NCBI GenBank assembly: GCA_030390025.1
Contig: CM059431.1
Coordinates: 105,216,001 to 105,280,000, forward strand
DNA length: 64,000 nt
Direction: 5' to 3'
From: Squalus acanthias
Taxonomy: Eukaryota
The notes beneath the pieces are model-generated. The model had not been told where the DNA came from. It was given only the letters and a program-made list of their open reading frames with translations, and ran no database searches. Shown one piece after another: positions 25,941 through 38,208 of this stretch (positions are counted from its first letter, which is position 1; every line of letters begins with the position of its first letter). The translations under genes and the position numbers were made by a program.

Positions 25941-26381
25941 AAGAAAGAAAGACTTGCATTTCTATAGCGTCTTTCACTAGCTCAAGACATCCTAAAGCAC
26001 TTTACAGCCAATGACGTACTTTTGGAGTATTGTCACTGTTGTAATGTAGGAAACGCAGCAGCCAATTTGAGCACAGCAAGCTCCCACAAACAGCAATGTG
26101 ACAATGACCAGATAATCTGTTTTATTGATGTTTATTGCGGGATGAATATTGGCCAGGACACCGGGGAGAACTCCCCTGCTCTTCTTCGAATAGTGCCATG
26201 AGATCTTTTATGTCCACCTGAGAGAGCAGACGGGGCCTCGGTTTAATGTCTCATCCGAAAGACGGCACCTCCGACAGTGCAACACCCCCTCAGCACTGCA
26301 CTGGGAGTGTCAGCCTAGATTGCTGTGGTCAAGTCTCTGGAGTGGGACTTGAACCCAACAACCTTCTGACTCAGAGGCAAG
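25941..26381 (-). mobile_element. Deu-domain SINE (SacSINE1/AmnSINE-like)
   Basis: B-box gggttcaagtccc, core ctgtcggaggtgccgtctttcggatgag, tail gctatagaaatgcaagtctttc. Confidence 0.9.
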
Positions 26382-26738
26382 AAGAAGAGGAAAAGCATTG
26401 GGATAAATGACACCTTCTTTGATTGGCGAGCGGTGGTATCCGCGCTGGAGCCCAGCTTTTCATTCTATATATAAATTAACTGGATTTGGAAATAAAGTAC
26501 ATTCAAGTTGGTATATAAGGAATCAAGCTATGGGATATAAGGAACTGGGAAAAAGAGAGCAGAAAATTGCACCAAGACAAAAGATAGATTAAGTGACTTG
26601 GTGGAGCAATGGCAATGCAGTTTAAAATATTAAAGTGTGAGGCAGTGCATAAGAATGGCAGATGGGAATTCAGTCAAAAGGGAAAGCACCTGGGGTTAGA
26701 GGTTAGCTGTGCAAAGGGATTTAGAGGTCTAGGTATAT

Positions 26739-27231
26739 CTTCTTCTTCTTAGGCAGTCCCTCAGAACCGAGGATGACTTGCTTCCACACTAAAAATGAGT
26801 TCTCAGGTGACTGATGAGTCCAATGCGGGACCTACAGTCTCTGTCACAGGTGGGGCAGACGGTGGTTGAAGGGGCGGGTGGGTGGGGTGCTTGGGTTGAT
26901 GTGTGCTCCTTCCGCTGTTTGCGCTTGGCTTCCGCTTGCTCCTGGCGAAGAGACTCGAGGTGTTCGGCACCTTCCCGGATGCTTCTTGTCCACTTTGTGC
27001 GGTCTTGGGCCAGGGATTCCCAGGTGTCGGTGGGGATGTTGCACTTTTTCAAGGAGGCTTTGAGGGTGTCCTTGAAGTGTTTCCTCTGCCCACCTGGGGC
27101 TCTCTTGCCGTGTCGGAGCTCCAAGTAGAGCGCTTGTTTTGGGAGTCTCGTATCGGGCATGCGGACGATGTGGCCCGTCCATTGGAGCTGATCGAGCGTG
27201 GTCAAAGCTTCGATGCTGGGGATGTTGGCCG
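26739..27231 (-). mobile_element. RTE-clade LINE 3' fragment with C-terminal C2H2 finger
   Basis: ORF 26789..27325: WTGHIVRMPDTRLPKQ..GGQRK..CPTC..HLRTH; (GAA)n tail; TSD aggtatat 26731-26738/27232-27239. Confidence 0.92.
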
Positions 27232-27373
27232 AGGTATATAAGTCAGTTAGAGCTAGGCACAAATGATCAAAAAAAGTTAATGGGATGCCAGGCTTTATCA
27301 CAAGAAGTGCAGGAGATAAAAGCAAGCAAGTGCAACTGCAATTATGCAGAGTAGGGGTCAGACTTCATTTAGT

Positions 27374-27537
27374 GGGGGTAATTTAGGGGATAGTGTAAAA
27401 CTCACGCTAACGCCACCCGTTAAACACCTCCCCCGTCCGTTGACTTCAACGGGAACAAAAATCGGGAGAGGTTTTTAACGGGTGGCCGAGCCGATAGTGC
27501 CCATTTTACACCACACGCAGAGTCAAACTGACCCCCC
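27374..27537. mobile_element. Short MITE
   Basis: G-run/C-run termini, agt on both flanks, internal inverted symmetry. Confidence 0.65.
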
Positions 27538-27644
27538 AGTGTGTTTTGTTTTGTGCGCCCAACTTACAAAGGATATACTGATCTTGGAGTAAGTCCAACA
27601 ATGATTTGAGAGACTGAAAATCTTGTGTGGGTGGCGGGGGGGAG

Positions 27645-27789
27645 GAGATTAGATTTTCAATTTACCACCCAGGTGTAAACCAGGTGGCGTGGATCGGCTG
27701 GCTGCCTGTCATAGAAAACAACGGAACTGAGAATCGGGCGGTCTCCATAATCCGCTTTATACCCAAGCAGCAATTTGAAAATCTAGCCC
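27645..27789. mobile_element. Short MITE
   Basis: tagattttcaa/ttgaaaatcta inverted ends. Confidence 0.6.
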
Positions 27790-29500
27790 AAGGTCATAGT
27801 CCCCTGGAGAGGGTGACAGGTTGGCGGGGATGGGGGACGGGGGAGTGTTAAGACACGATCTCATTAAGGAGTTTAAACTATAGAAGGGAATTGGTGAGGT
27901 AGATAAGGAAGAAGATCCAGAATAAAGAGTCAGTTTAGAAATTTACACTTCTGTCACGAACTCTGTACTGATTCATAAAATTACCCCTGTACTCTTAAAA
28001 ACTGGTCAGAAGCGCGACTAACAATAATTTCTTCACACAAAATGTTACGACAACGTAGAATGCAGTGGCTCAAAAGACCATATTGGCGGAATCAACTAAT
28101 TCTGTGCTGCTTACTAGGGAGTAAAGGGTATTAAGGGATGTGGAGAAAGGGATGGGGATTGGGATTAATAAGAGCTGCCACTGCTAACACAATGGCAGAG
28201 CAGGTTTGATGGATTTAATGGGTGACTGCTGCTCCTGCGTGTGCAATATAAATAAAAGGAACACCATTAAAGGTGAGGGAACCGTCAGCCTTTGAAATAT
28301 CTGGGCTGGATTTAAATCCAGTTGGAATACCTACCAATAGCTTGATTGCCAATTCTGACAACATAAACACACGCAGACTAATCCTGGCTTTTAGTGGGAT
28401 TTGACCCAGCTACAAAGACATAAGGCAATCATTTTACTGCCACTTAATCCGCTACACTTAAAACAGCTCAACGTGGCTATCACAATCTTTCCAGTACACC
28501 AGATGTTGCCAGCAATTTTTTTTTTATTAAATGTCGCACTTTCCTCTTTGTAACACTACTCAGCACAATGTTGTTACAGACCCTGATTATTAAGAATATA
28601 TATAAATTGTTATCTAATTAATATTGACACTAATTTGCGTCTGCAATGTAAGCTCGCTGTATCATCATGGAACCAGCAAAGCCATATGTTGGAGAAAGAA
28701 AAAAGCATTTGGTTCTCCATTGAAAAAGTAGGTGAGTTTTTCAACATTCAGGTGCAAACAACCAGTTCAACAAAATAACAAATTGATTGAATTACTGAGA
28801 GTTAAAAGTGCAAGTTGAAAGCATCGAAATGTATTATAAACTGAGAGTTCCTGTTAGCTTCTATAATTTATGTTCCCTTGCTATACGAATATTCATTCAG
28901 CTGTGCTGTGATACTTTTTCAAACTAAATTGGTTATGTCTAGTATTAATGTAAAACTGAACTGTGTAATCAATCTGGATTTTACCCTACTAGGAGACCTA
29001 ATGGTTGTTATGCTTTTCTGATCCCATAATTCTTTTGATAATTCAGCTAATCATGTGGTCTGGGGCGTCTAATACCAACCTACTTATGCCTACACATTAA
29101 TTCTTCCAAATCCATTTTCCATTAACTGAAGAATTGACAAATTTGAAACTGCATTTTTCAAGTCACAGCCATTTGAAATTAAATGTAAGATTAGCGCTCG
29201 GAAAGGGCTCCAGATACTGTCATCTTCACATGGAGAAATCACACAAACAGAAGAGGTTTAGTGACGAGCATCCCGTTAAACCCTTTTGCACCGAAACAAA
29301 ATAAAGACCATACTGATGCACTTATCTTAAGATGCAATGACAACTGCGACCCTCAGATTGGAAGAAGACACGTTTTATAATTTGTCTGCATCCTCTTAGA
29401 AATGCACATTTCAGGGAATGGGGACCGGGAAGCTGGTGGTTCTGGGAATGCACCATTCCACAGCCCACAGTGCCGATAACACTGGAGCCTTGCACATGAC

Positions 29501-29530
29501 AACACACACACACACACACACACACACACA
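29501..29530. repeat. (CA)n microsatellite
   Basis: Directly visible. Confidence 0.95.
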
Positions 29531-29874
29531 GCACCTGCCCAAAGCTTTCTGTGGATTTCAATTACGCTGTAATCGATAACTACATAAAGAATAATGGGTG
29601 GGCAGGAAAGACTACGGGAAATATTTCACGATGTTGACACAAAATTGACACCGCTGAGCTGAAAATGCAATTCATCTCTTGTTTTCACTGTCACAGCGCT
29701 GAGCTCTGAAGCTCGAAAGTTGAGTTTATAGGGGATGCAGACACTTCTTTTTCCTGATGACTACAATTGTGACTACACTTGACTAAGATAAGTAAATCAG
29801 CATTTGCTCCCGTTTCTTTGGCGCAAGAGTTTAATGGGGACGGGGGTGGGGGAGTTTAATGGGGACGGGGGTGG

Positions 29875-30387
29875 GGGGGTCTAATTTGAATTTCGGGAGA
29901 CCGACCTCGTCTGAATCTGGCAGGTGACCTGCAAGGAGCCAACCAGGACGTCCGGTGCAGCTTGCTGGATCGAGGCCTTGAAATCGGGCCGTACGGCCGC
30001 CAGCGGGGTGAGATGGACGGGAGTAGGTCGCGATCGCGGAAGATGGGGTTCCCAGGGGCGGCGGCGGCCTAGTTTATCCAGGGCCCATAAAAATAATTCG
30101 ACACTTAACCTTTGGCCGGGCCGCCCCTGTTCAATCACCCGCGGAACTGGTCGGAGCGTGTGCACTGCGCAGGTTCCGACCAGTTCCGACCTGAAATGGC
30201 AGTCAGGGTCCAATTTAAGTCAGGTCCATGAGTTCCACCATAGGAGCCTGATTTCCATATTTAAAGGGGCCTATCGCCTGAAACAGGCAGACAATTTAGA
30301 CTCTTGGTGATAGGCCCCTCTCAAAATGGAGCCGGCCACATTTTGAGGCCCAGTTAACACCAGGCCAAGGCAGCCAAAATTGACCCC
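29875..30387. mobile_element. GC-rich MITE (Harbinger-like)
   Basis: ggggtctaattt/aaattgacccc ends; internal resemblance to 14579-15021. Confidence 0.6.
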
Positions 30388-30684
30388 AGGGAATTCTAAA
30401 TCCTGTACCTCCTTTGTTCATATGCTTCACCAGGTGCAAATGACAGTATCTGGAGCAGTCTTGAAGCACGATTGTATTTAATTTCGGATGACTATGTTTT
30501 CAAGTTCATCCCAGCATGAAACCAACTTCAACTGTCCCATTCTGCCAACATTAGAGACTTTACTTCCTGCTCAATGAGAGTGTGCAGGGATTTCTACAGC
30601 TCAGAGAATTTCCTAGTATTCCCAAATTTCAGTGAGGCTACGGGACAAAGTGAATCAAATCTTATCAACATGTAAAAACACATG

Positions 30685-31431
30685 GGCCTGGATTTTAGGG
30701 TGCTTTAAACTGTCGGAAGCCTTCAGAACGGCCCCGCAAGTTGCGGGATTCCGCGTGCACTGTGCATGCGCGAAATCCCGGAACTCGCGATCTGTCAAGT
30801 TTCGCTTGGACAAATCCACCGTGCCCGCTACAAAATCAGCTTCGCTGGAGCAGAGTTGTGCTATTTTCCCAACTACTGCCCAGCAAATGCCCACCAAACC
30901 CTTACGCCTGGTAAAAGCAGGCGTAGGGCCTACTTTTACCAGTGTAAGGGTTAAAGTAAATGTTAAAATATTTTTTTTTAAATGATTTAAACATTCACAT
31001 ATATTTAAAATTAGTTTAGGTAAATTTTGGCCCATTTTAAAATGTTTACATTTATTTTTCAGAAAATTAAATTTTTATTTTAAATGTTTAATTACAGTCT
31101 TATAATTAATTTTGAACATGTGATAATTTATTCTTATTTCAGTGTTGTGAAATTTTATTTATTTTTATGCCCATGGGGATCCCGTACGTAAATGGAATCC
31201 CCAGAAGCATAATGGGAATCTCCTTTTGTGATTGGTTGGGCTGGCGCACGTGATCCCAGGGACACTTGCGAACCGCGTGCGCCCCCGGGATCCATGGGAC
31301 TTTACGCAGGCCTACGCCCACAGGCCCAGGACCGCGAGAGTCCGAAGCTCCGGAGGCAGCAGGTAAGTTTGGGGTTTTTTCGGTCCGGAGGCGTACGCTG
31401 GCGGCAAACCTCCGACCGCAATTTCCAGGCC
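30685..31431. mobile_element. Harbinger-like MITE, family A relative
   Basis: TIR ggcctgga/tccaggcc; shares the cacgtgatcccaggg block and AT core with 35446 and about 40517. Confidence 0.8.
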
Positions 31432-31469
31432 ATAAAGTTTAACGTTGGTGTTCACTTAATTTCTTCATG

Positions 31470-32070
31470 GAATCATAAAATTATAGAATGGCTACAGCAC
31501 AGAAAGAGGCCATTCGGCCCGTCGAGCCCGTGCCGGCTCTCTGCAAGAGCACTTCAGCTAGTCCCACTTCCCCGCCCTTTCCCCGTAGCCCTGCAAATTA
31601 TTTTCCTTCCGGTACTTATCCAACTCCCTTTTGAAAGCCGTGATTGAGTCTGCCTCCACCACCCTTTCAGGCAGTGCATTCCAGATCATAACCACGCGTT
31701 GCGTCAAAAAGTTTTTCCTCGTGTCGCCTTTGGTTCTTCTGCCAATCACCTTAAATCTGTGTCCTCTGGTTCTTGACCCTTCTGCCGATGGGAACAGTTT
31801 CTCTCTATCTACTCTGTCTAGACCCCTCATGATTTTGAACACCTCTATCAAATCTCCTCTCAACCTTCTCTGCTCTAAGGAGAACAACCCCAGCTTTTCC
31901 AGTCTATCCACGTAACTGAAGCCTCTCATTCCTAGAACCATTCTTGTAAATCTTTTCTGCACCCTCTCTAAGGCCTTCACATCCTCCCTAAAGTGCGGTG
32001 CACGGAATTGGACACAGTACTCCAGTTGAACCGAAACAGTGTTTTATAAAGTTTCATCATAACTTCCTTA
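31470..32070 (-). mobile_element. CR1 3' fragment
   Basis: ORF 31558..31980 (ALERVQKRFTRM..RGH..QRVV..WNALP). Confidence 0.93.
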
Positions 32071-32490
32071 TTGCCCATAACTTGCTGAATTTTAACACAA
32101 GATTAAAAGGTAACACAGAAGAAGATACAAAGTAATAATACAAGGCTGCGAATTCAAGCACAGAATAGTGAATAATTTAGAGCGCTGTAAAAAATTGAAT
32201 TTGAAGAGACATTTGAATGAAACCATGGGAAGACTGTGAATATAATGAAGTTGAATACCCTGGAGTGCTGCCTGTAACAGTGGCTCGCCACCAGCAGATT
32301 ACTGACTGCCACCAAGAATGAACCTGCAGCCTGAGAGGCTCACGCTAAGTCATTCAACAGTTTCATTTTTATTGAAAAATAATTAAATGTACCTTAATTC
32401 ATATCTGGAGCATTTTCATAACAACATGGGAAGGGCACTTCCTTCCATGCCCCTCTTCCTTTAATAAAATTAGCTAGTTGAATGATTTAT

Positions 32491-33070
32491 CATAGAATCA
32501 TAGAGCACAGGAGGAGGCCATTTGTCCCATTGTGTCTGTGCCGGCTCTTTGAAAGAGCTCTCCAATTAGTCCCACTCCCCTGCTCTTCCGATTTATAAAT
32601 GCTCATCCGTTTTCAAATCCTCGCCCCTCCCTATCTCTGTAACCTCCTACAGCCCTCCGCGATCTCTGCGCTCCTCCAATTCTGGCCGCTTGCGCATCTC
32701 CGATCTTAATCACTCCACCATTGGCGGCCGTGCCTTCAGCTGCCTGGGTCCTAAGCTCTGGAATTGCCTCCCTAAACCTCTCCACCGCTCTACCTCTCTT
32801 TCCTCCTTAAAGACGCTCCTTAAAACTACTTCTTTGATTAAGCTTTACATCACCTGTCCTAATATCTTCTTATGTGTCCAATTTTATGTGATAAGGCTCC
32901 TGTGAAGCGCCTTAGGATGTTTTAATACATTAAAGGCGCTATATAATTGCAAGTTGTTGCTGTTGCCCGACAAATTTTTCCTTTTCAAGTATTTATCCAA
33001 TTATTTTGAAAGTTATGATTGAATCTGCTTCTACCACCCTTTCAGGCAGCACATTCCATATCACAACTCA
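32491..33070. mobile_element. CR1 3' tail (-) interrupted by an L2 3' fragment (+, about 32590-32965)
   Basis: catagaatcatag tail resembling 31470; L2 tail ggcgctatataattgcaagttg. Confidence 0.75.
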
Positions 33071-33519
33071 CTGGACAAAAAAGTCTAGTTGACGAATATA
33101 TATTTAATGATTTCAACCATATCCGTAAGGGTTTGGAAACATATTCTGAAAGAACTGTATATAAAAGATTAATTCATAAAAACATCTTTACATTAATTGA
33201 AATCTGTTTCAATATATGTTTAAAATGTGGAGCAGATATGTATTCGTTTAATGTATTCCAAAATAGATTTTTTTCTCCTTTGCCAATTTTTCTTCAATTT
33301 TGTCCTCATCCTTCCTCTGCTGAAGACCTTGGCTCCTTCATGAGGTGCAGTTCCATGGGTGTCAGTCCCCTTTGCCTGGGTGCCCCCAACTGGCCTTAGG
33401 ATCACCAACCCTCCAGGATTGCCCTGGAGTCTCTAGGAATTGAAGATTAATTTTGTGGACACTGCTAGGAGCAAACCCCCGAGAGTAAAATCACAGGAGC
33501 AGTAAAAGAAATTGTAATT

Positions 33520-34478
33520 TCCCCTGTGCTCGCTGACCTACATTGGCTCCCGGTCCGGCAACGCCTTGGCTTTCAAATTCTCAGCCTTGCGTTCAAATCC
33601 CTCCATGGCCTCATCCCTCCCTATCTCTATGACCACCTCCAGCCCTACAACCCGACACCCCCACCCCCCCTCGAGATCTCTGCACTCCTCCAATTCTGGC
33701 CTCTTGCACATCCCCGATTTTAATCACTGCACCATTGATGGCCGTGCCTTCAGCTGCCTTGCCCCTCAGCTTTTGAATTCCCTGCCTAAACCTCTCCGCC
33801 TCTCTCCCTCTCTTTTCTCCTTTAAGACGCTCCTTAAAATCTACCTCTTTGACCAAGCGTATGGTCATCTATCCTAATATCCTCTTATGTGGCTCGCTGT
33901 CAAATTTTTGTTCGATAACGCTCCTGTGAAGCGCTTTGGGATGTGTAAGATTTTGGATCACAGGTCACACACAGATTACTCAAAGGGTCTTCGGAGTTGT
34001 AATGCATTTTATTAAGGAGCGGCAGTTTAAGTTAAGTACAACATGCAATCAAGATAGACATAGTAGACATACGACCGTGACAAGCAGCTGGTATCGGTCC
34101 CGATTGGATAGAGGGCTGGCGTGCGCGATCAGCTCTTCCCTTCCCTTCACCGTCTGTGCTGAAAGCTCTTTAGATATCTCTTTTACTCTCTTTTTAGGGG
34201 TGGGCCCAGGGTAGATTATCAAAGATACAGTCAACAACCTTTCCAGCACATAAACAGCAGACAGCTAGTCTGGAAACAAGGTCACCGCCACGGTGCAGAA
34301 TGTTAGAACATCCGCAGGGAACCAAGAACATCAGCAAATTCTAAGCGTCTATCCAGTTATTCTAACACCAGTCCGAAGAGACTTTTTTGTCTCAAGTTAT
34401 TTCTTCCAATTCACGATTTCTTGCAGACGTTTCACTATGTTAACGGCGCCATATAAATGCACGTTGTTGTTGTTGTTG
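33520..34478 (+). mobile_element. L2 3' fragment interrupted by a solo LTR
   Basis: LADLHWLPVRQR..FKSLHGL.PPYL; the tail resumes at 34430. Confidence 0.88.
33944..34425 (-). mobile_element. Solo LTR, 482 bp
   Basis: tgtaaga..tcttgca termini; TSD gatg/gacg (CpG decay); minus-strand AATAAA near 34008. Confidence 0.8.
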
Positions 34479-34489
34479 AGAGTGGATAA

Positions 34490-34813
34490 AGCTTTTTTGA
34501 CTGGGCCGGGGTCATGCGATGAATCCTCCAAGAATGCGTCCAACCACTGTTGACAACCCTAAGTATTCCGCAGATGTTCCTTTGTGAGCATCGCGAATGT
34601 CAAGAAGCTATCCGACTAATGGGAAAGGCACAGCTATTCTGTCCTCGCCCAGTGTCCCAGTACTACACATGCTTCCAGCAGAGGTCACTGGCTAACAATC
34701 AGGAGCAGCATTGCCACCAGTTACACTGACACAGCAAGACCAGCTGAGAGTAACTAATTCAGCACCGACAGGAAATCAAACCTGGATGGATGAGCTGAGC
34801 CATCAGGGGAAGC
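34490..34813 (-). mobile_element. Old tRNA-derived SINE
   Basis: Minus strand begins gcttcccctgatggctcag (A-box-like), followed by aggtttgatttcc (B-box-like). Confidence 0.5.
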
Positions 34814-35445
34814 CTGAAAATAGATCAGATTTCTTTCTGATTTAATATTTTTCAGATTTACATAATTGACTTTTTCTTCAAATACTATAAATGAAGAACA
34901 TATAGATTTTCATCCATTCATAGTCAATGGGCAGAAAATCTTGTTCATTAATATTTATAATACTAGTAGTTTCCCTGAGGTGATTTTGGAGTCTTCTGTA
35001 CTGTATGTACTCTGGTATAAGGCGAGCTGTAAGCAATGTTCTCTCTATTTTTTTGGGGTGCGTGGCCCTTTTAACGGGCTGTGTTTCCATTCAAAAGCCG
35101 GTGAACAGCCTGCGTGGGATGTCCAAAGCGTTGCGAGGCTACGCAGCTTATCGGGAACATTGGCTGTAATTATTGCCAAGTATTTACAGCACAGAAACAG
35201 GCCATTCAGCCCAACAGGCCCATGCCGTTGTTTATGCTCCACACGAACCTCCTCGCACCCTTCTTCATCTCACCCCATCAACAACATATCCTTCTAATCT
35301 AACCCCATCAAGATATCCTAATATAACCCCATCAACAGATCCTTCTAATCGAATCCTATCAACATATCCTTCCAGATAACACTCCTCTACTTTCCACACC
35401 CAAAAAATCTTAAAACATCGATGACCCACGTTTTCTACGTATACT

Positions 35446-36209
35446 GGCCCGTAATTTCCGATAGGAGGCTTCCTGCGTGTGGATGCCTCCTACCGGAAAA
35501 AAATCTACGAACTTACCTGAGGGTTCCCGAGATCCAGACACTTCCGCTCCTGGGCCTCTCCACAGTCGAAATGCGCAGGGCCCACATATCCCAGGAGCGC
35601 AGGCGGTTCACAAGCATCCCTGGGATCACGTGGGCCATGCCAGCCAATAGGAGAAGGGAATCTCCCTTCGTACTTTTGACAGATAGACCTGTCAAATATA
35701 TGAATGGAGATCACCCCAAAAACACAGTAAAACATTAAATACATTGAAAAAAAAACATCACGTTTTTCAAATTAGTTTAAATTACATTAAATTAAATATT
35801 TTAAACAAAAATTAAATTTTTTGAAAAAAATAATTACATTTTTTTTACGGGGCTAAAAATAAACTTACCTTTTTTAGAAGTATTTTTAAATTATAAATGA
35901 GTGAAAAAAAAATTTATTTTTTACTTTTTTCAACTCTTATGCTGTTAAAAGCAGGCCTCACACAGGCTTTTACCAGGCGTAAGATTTCTAAGGGTTTTCA
36001 GTGGGCGGAGGTTCTCCAGAAAGTGGAACTATCCGCCCGCAGAGGCCCTTCTCCAGGGCAGGCGGAGGACCTGTCAAGAGGATTCTTGACAGATCGGAAA
36101 TGCCGGTTTTCAGGGAATGTGCTTCGCATGCCTGAAACCGGCATTTCCGATGTCCCTACGGGTGTGTACACAGCTCGTACCCACCCGTAGGCATCGAAAT
36201 ATACGGGCC
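35446..36209. mobile_element. Harbinger-like MITE, family A relative
   Basis: TIR ggcccgta/tacgggcc; flanks act/att; AT core closely similar to 1670-1810. Confidence 0.85.
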
Positions 36210-36576
36210 ATTATATCCATCAGTCACCACAAAGAGATTTGAGCAGTACATGCTGACTGTATCATATACTGCTATTGCTCTGCTGAGGCAAAGAGCAGGA
36301 GGCTGAGAGCGAGGAACAACAGCCTAATAGTGTGTGGCAGACCTGGAGTTAGAAACAGTCAAATGGAACTGGAGAATCAGGAATCGATTGGAGAGTTGGG
36401 ACAGGCCAGGAGCAGATAAGAGGAAAGGGGAGAAAAGAGCAGAAAATTGGCTATGAGCAAAAAATATAGTTTGAAATACTTTCAACAGATGATTTGTGTA
36501 TAAGATCACTATACACACACTTTCAAATCCTGAAAGAGTGACCTAAATATCTGCTGAGTACTTACAGTATACGGCA

Positions 36577-36999
36577 CATTGGCTCCCGGTCCGGCAACGT
36601 CTCGATTTCAAAATTCTCATTTTTTTTTCAAATCCCTCCATGGCCTCGCCCCCTCCCTATCTCTGTAGCCTCCTCCAGCCCTACAACACTCCGAGATCTC
36701 TGCGCTCCTCCAATTCTGGTCTCTTGCGCGTCCCTGATTTTAATCGCTCCACCATCTCCATGACGAGGAGAAATTTCTTCACTCAGAGGCTGGTGAATCT
36801 TTGAATTCTCTACCCCAGAGGGCTGTGGATGCTCAGTCGACTGAGATTGATAGATTTTTGGCCACTGAGGGAATCAAGAGATATGGGGTTAGGGCGGGAA
36901 AGTGTATTGATGTAGAAGATCAGCCATGATCTTATTGAATGGCGGAGCAGGTTCGAAGGGCCGTATGGCCGACTCCTTATCCGATTTCTTATGTTCTAT
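36577..36999 (+). mobile_element. L2 fragment followed by a CR1 3' fragment
   Basis: cattggctcccggtccggcaacg (L2), then aaatttcttcactcagag..gatcagccatgatc (CR1). Confidence 0.8.
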
Positions 37000-38155
37000 G
37001 TTCACATCCTCGGCATCATATGTGACCCTGAGCTGAGTTTCTGGCCCCATATGCTCTCATCACAAAGACTGCCTGTTTCCACCTCCGTAGTATTGCCTAT
37101 CAGTGCCCCTGTGTCAGCCCATTTGCTGCTGAAACCCTCATGCATGGCTCAGTGGGCAGCACTCTTGCCTCTAAGTCAGAAGGTTGTGGGTTCATAGTCC
37201 CACTCCAGAGACTTGAACACAAAATCTAGGCTGACACTCCCAGTGCAGTACTGAGGGAGTGCTGCACTGTCGGAGGCGCCGTCTTTTGGATGAGATGTTA
37301 AACCAAGACCCTGTCTGCCCTCTCTTGTGGACATAAAAGATCCCATGGCAATAATTTGAAAAAGAGCAGGGTAGTTCTGGCGAACATTTATCCCTCAAAC
37401 AATACCTAAAAAACAATGATCTGGTTATGACATTGCTGCTTGTGGGACCTTGCTGTTTGCAAATTGGCTGCCACATTTCTTACAGTACAACAGTGACTAC
37501 ACTTCAAAAGTACATCGTTGGCTGTGAAGAGCTTTCAAATGCCCTTAAGTTGTGAAAGGCACTATATAAATGCAAGACTTTCTTTCCTTCTTTCTTTGTC
37601 ACCTCCAGACTTGACTATTCCACAGCTCTCCTGGCCAGCCTCCCATCATCCACCTTCCTTAAACTCAATCTCATCCAAAACTCTGCTGCCCATATCCTAA
37701 CCTGCACTAAGTTCTGCTCAGCCATCACCCCGTGCTCATTGACTTACATTGGCACAAGGTTCTCCAATGCATTAAATTTAAAATTCTGATCTTCATATTC
37801 AAATCACTCCGTGGCCTCGCCCCTCCCTATCTCTGTAACCTCCTCCAGCCCTACAACCCTCCAAGAACTCTGCATTGCTCCAACTCAGGCCTCTTGTGCA
37901 GCGCCCATTCCGTTTGCCCCCCCCCCCACCATTGACAGCTGTATCTTCAGCCATCTGGGCCGTAAGCTCTGGAGTTCCCTACCTAAACCTTACCTCCTCT
38001 CCACTTGCCTCTCCTCCTTTAAGACCCACCTCTTTGATCAAGCTTTCAGTCAACCCTCCCAATATCTCCTTCTGTGACTCGGTGTCGATTTTTGTCTGAT
38101 TATACGACTATGAAGGGACATTTCAAATGTGCTATATAAATGCAAGTTGTTGTGT
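37000..38155 (+). mobile_element. L2 3' region interrupted by a Deu-domain SINE
   Basis: LGII.DPELSF.PH..; LHWHKV..FKILIFIFKSLRGLAPPYL; L2 tail near 38130-38155. Confidence 0.85.
37141..37590 (+). mobile_element. Full-length Deu-domain SINE
   Basis: A-box tggctcagtgg, B-box gggttcatagtcc, Deu core, tail ggcactatataaatgcaag. Confidence 0.9.
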
Positions 38156-38208
38156 CTTTTCGCTTCTGCATTTCAATTTAATTTCTCCCACTTACCCTCT
38201 GTGACATT

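Larger units (their letters stand above)
23995..28240 (+). mobile_element. Ancient, heavily decayed CR1 RT region split by five younger insertions
   Basis: Colinear remnants: ctaactaatcta..gactttcagaaggcattt (about 24047-24140), gcaatggcaatgcagttt (about 26606), agggatttagaggt (about 26716), and a 3' tail near 28130-28240. Confidence 0.6.

Noticed and set aside
29828..29878. 25-bp tandem duplication with G-runs (G4-like)
   Set aside because: A simple local duplication at a MITE edge with no evidence of function.
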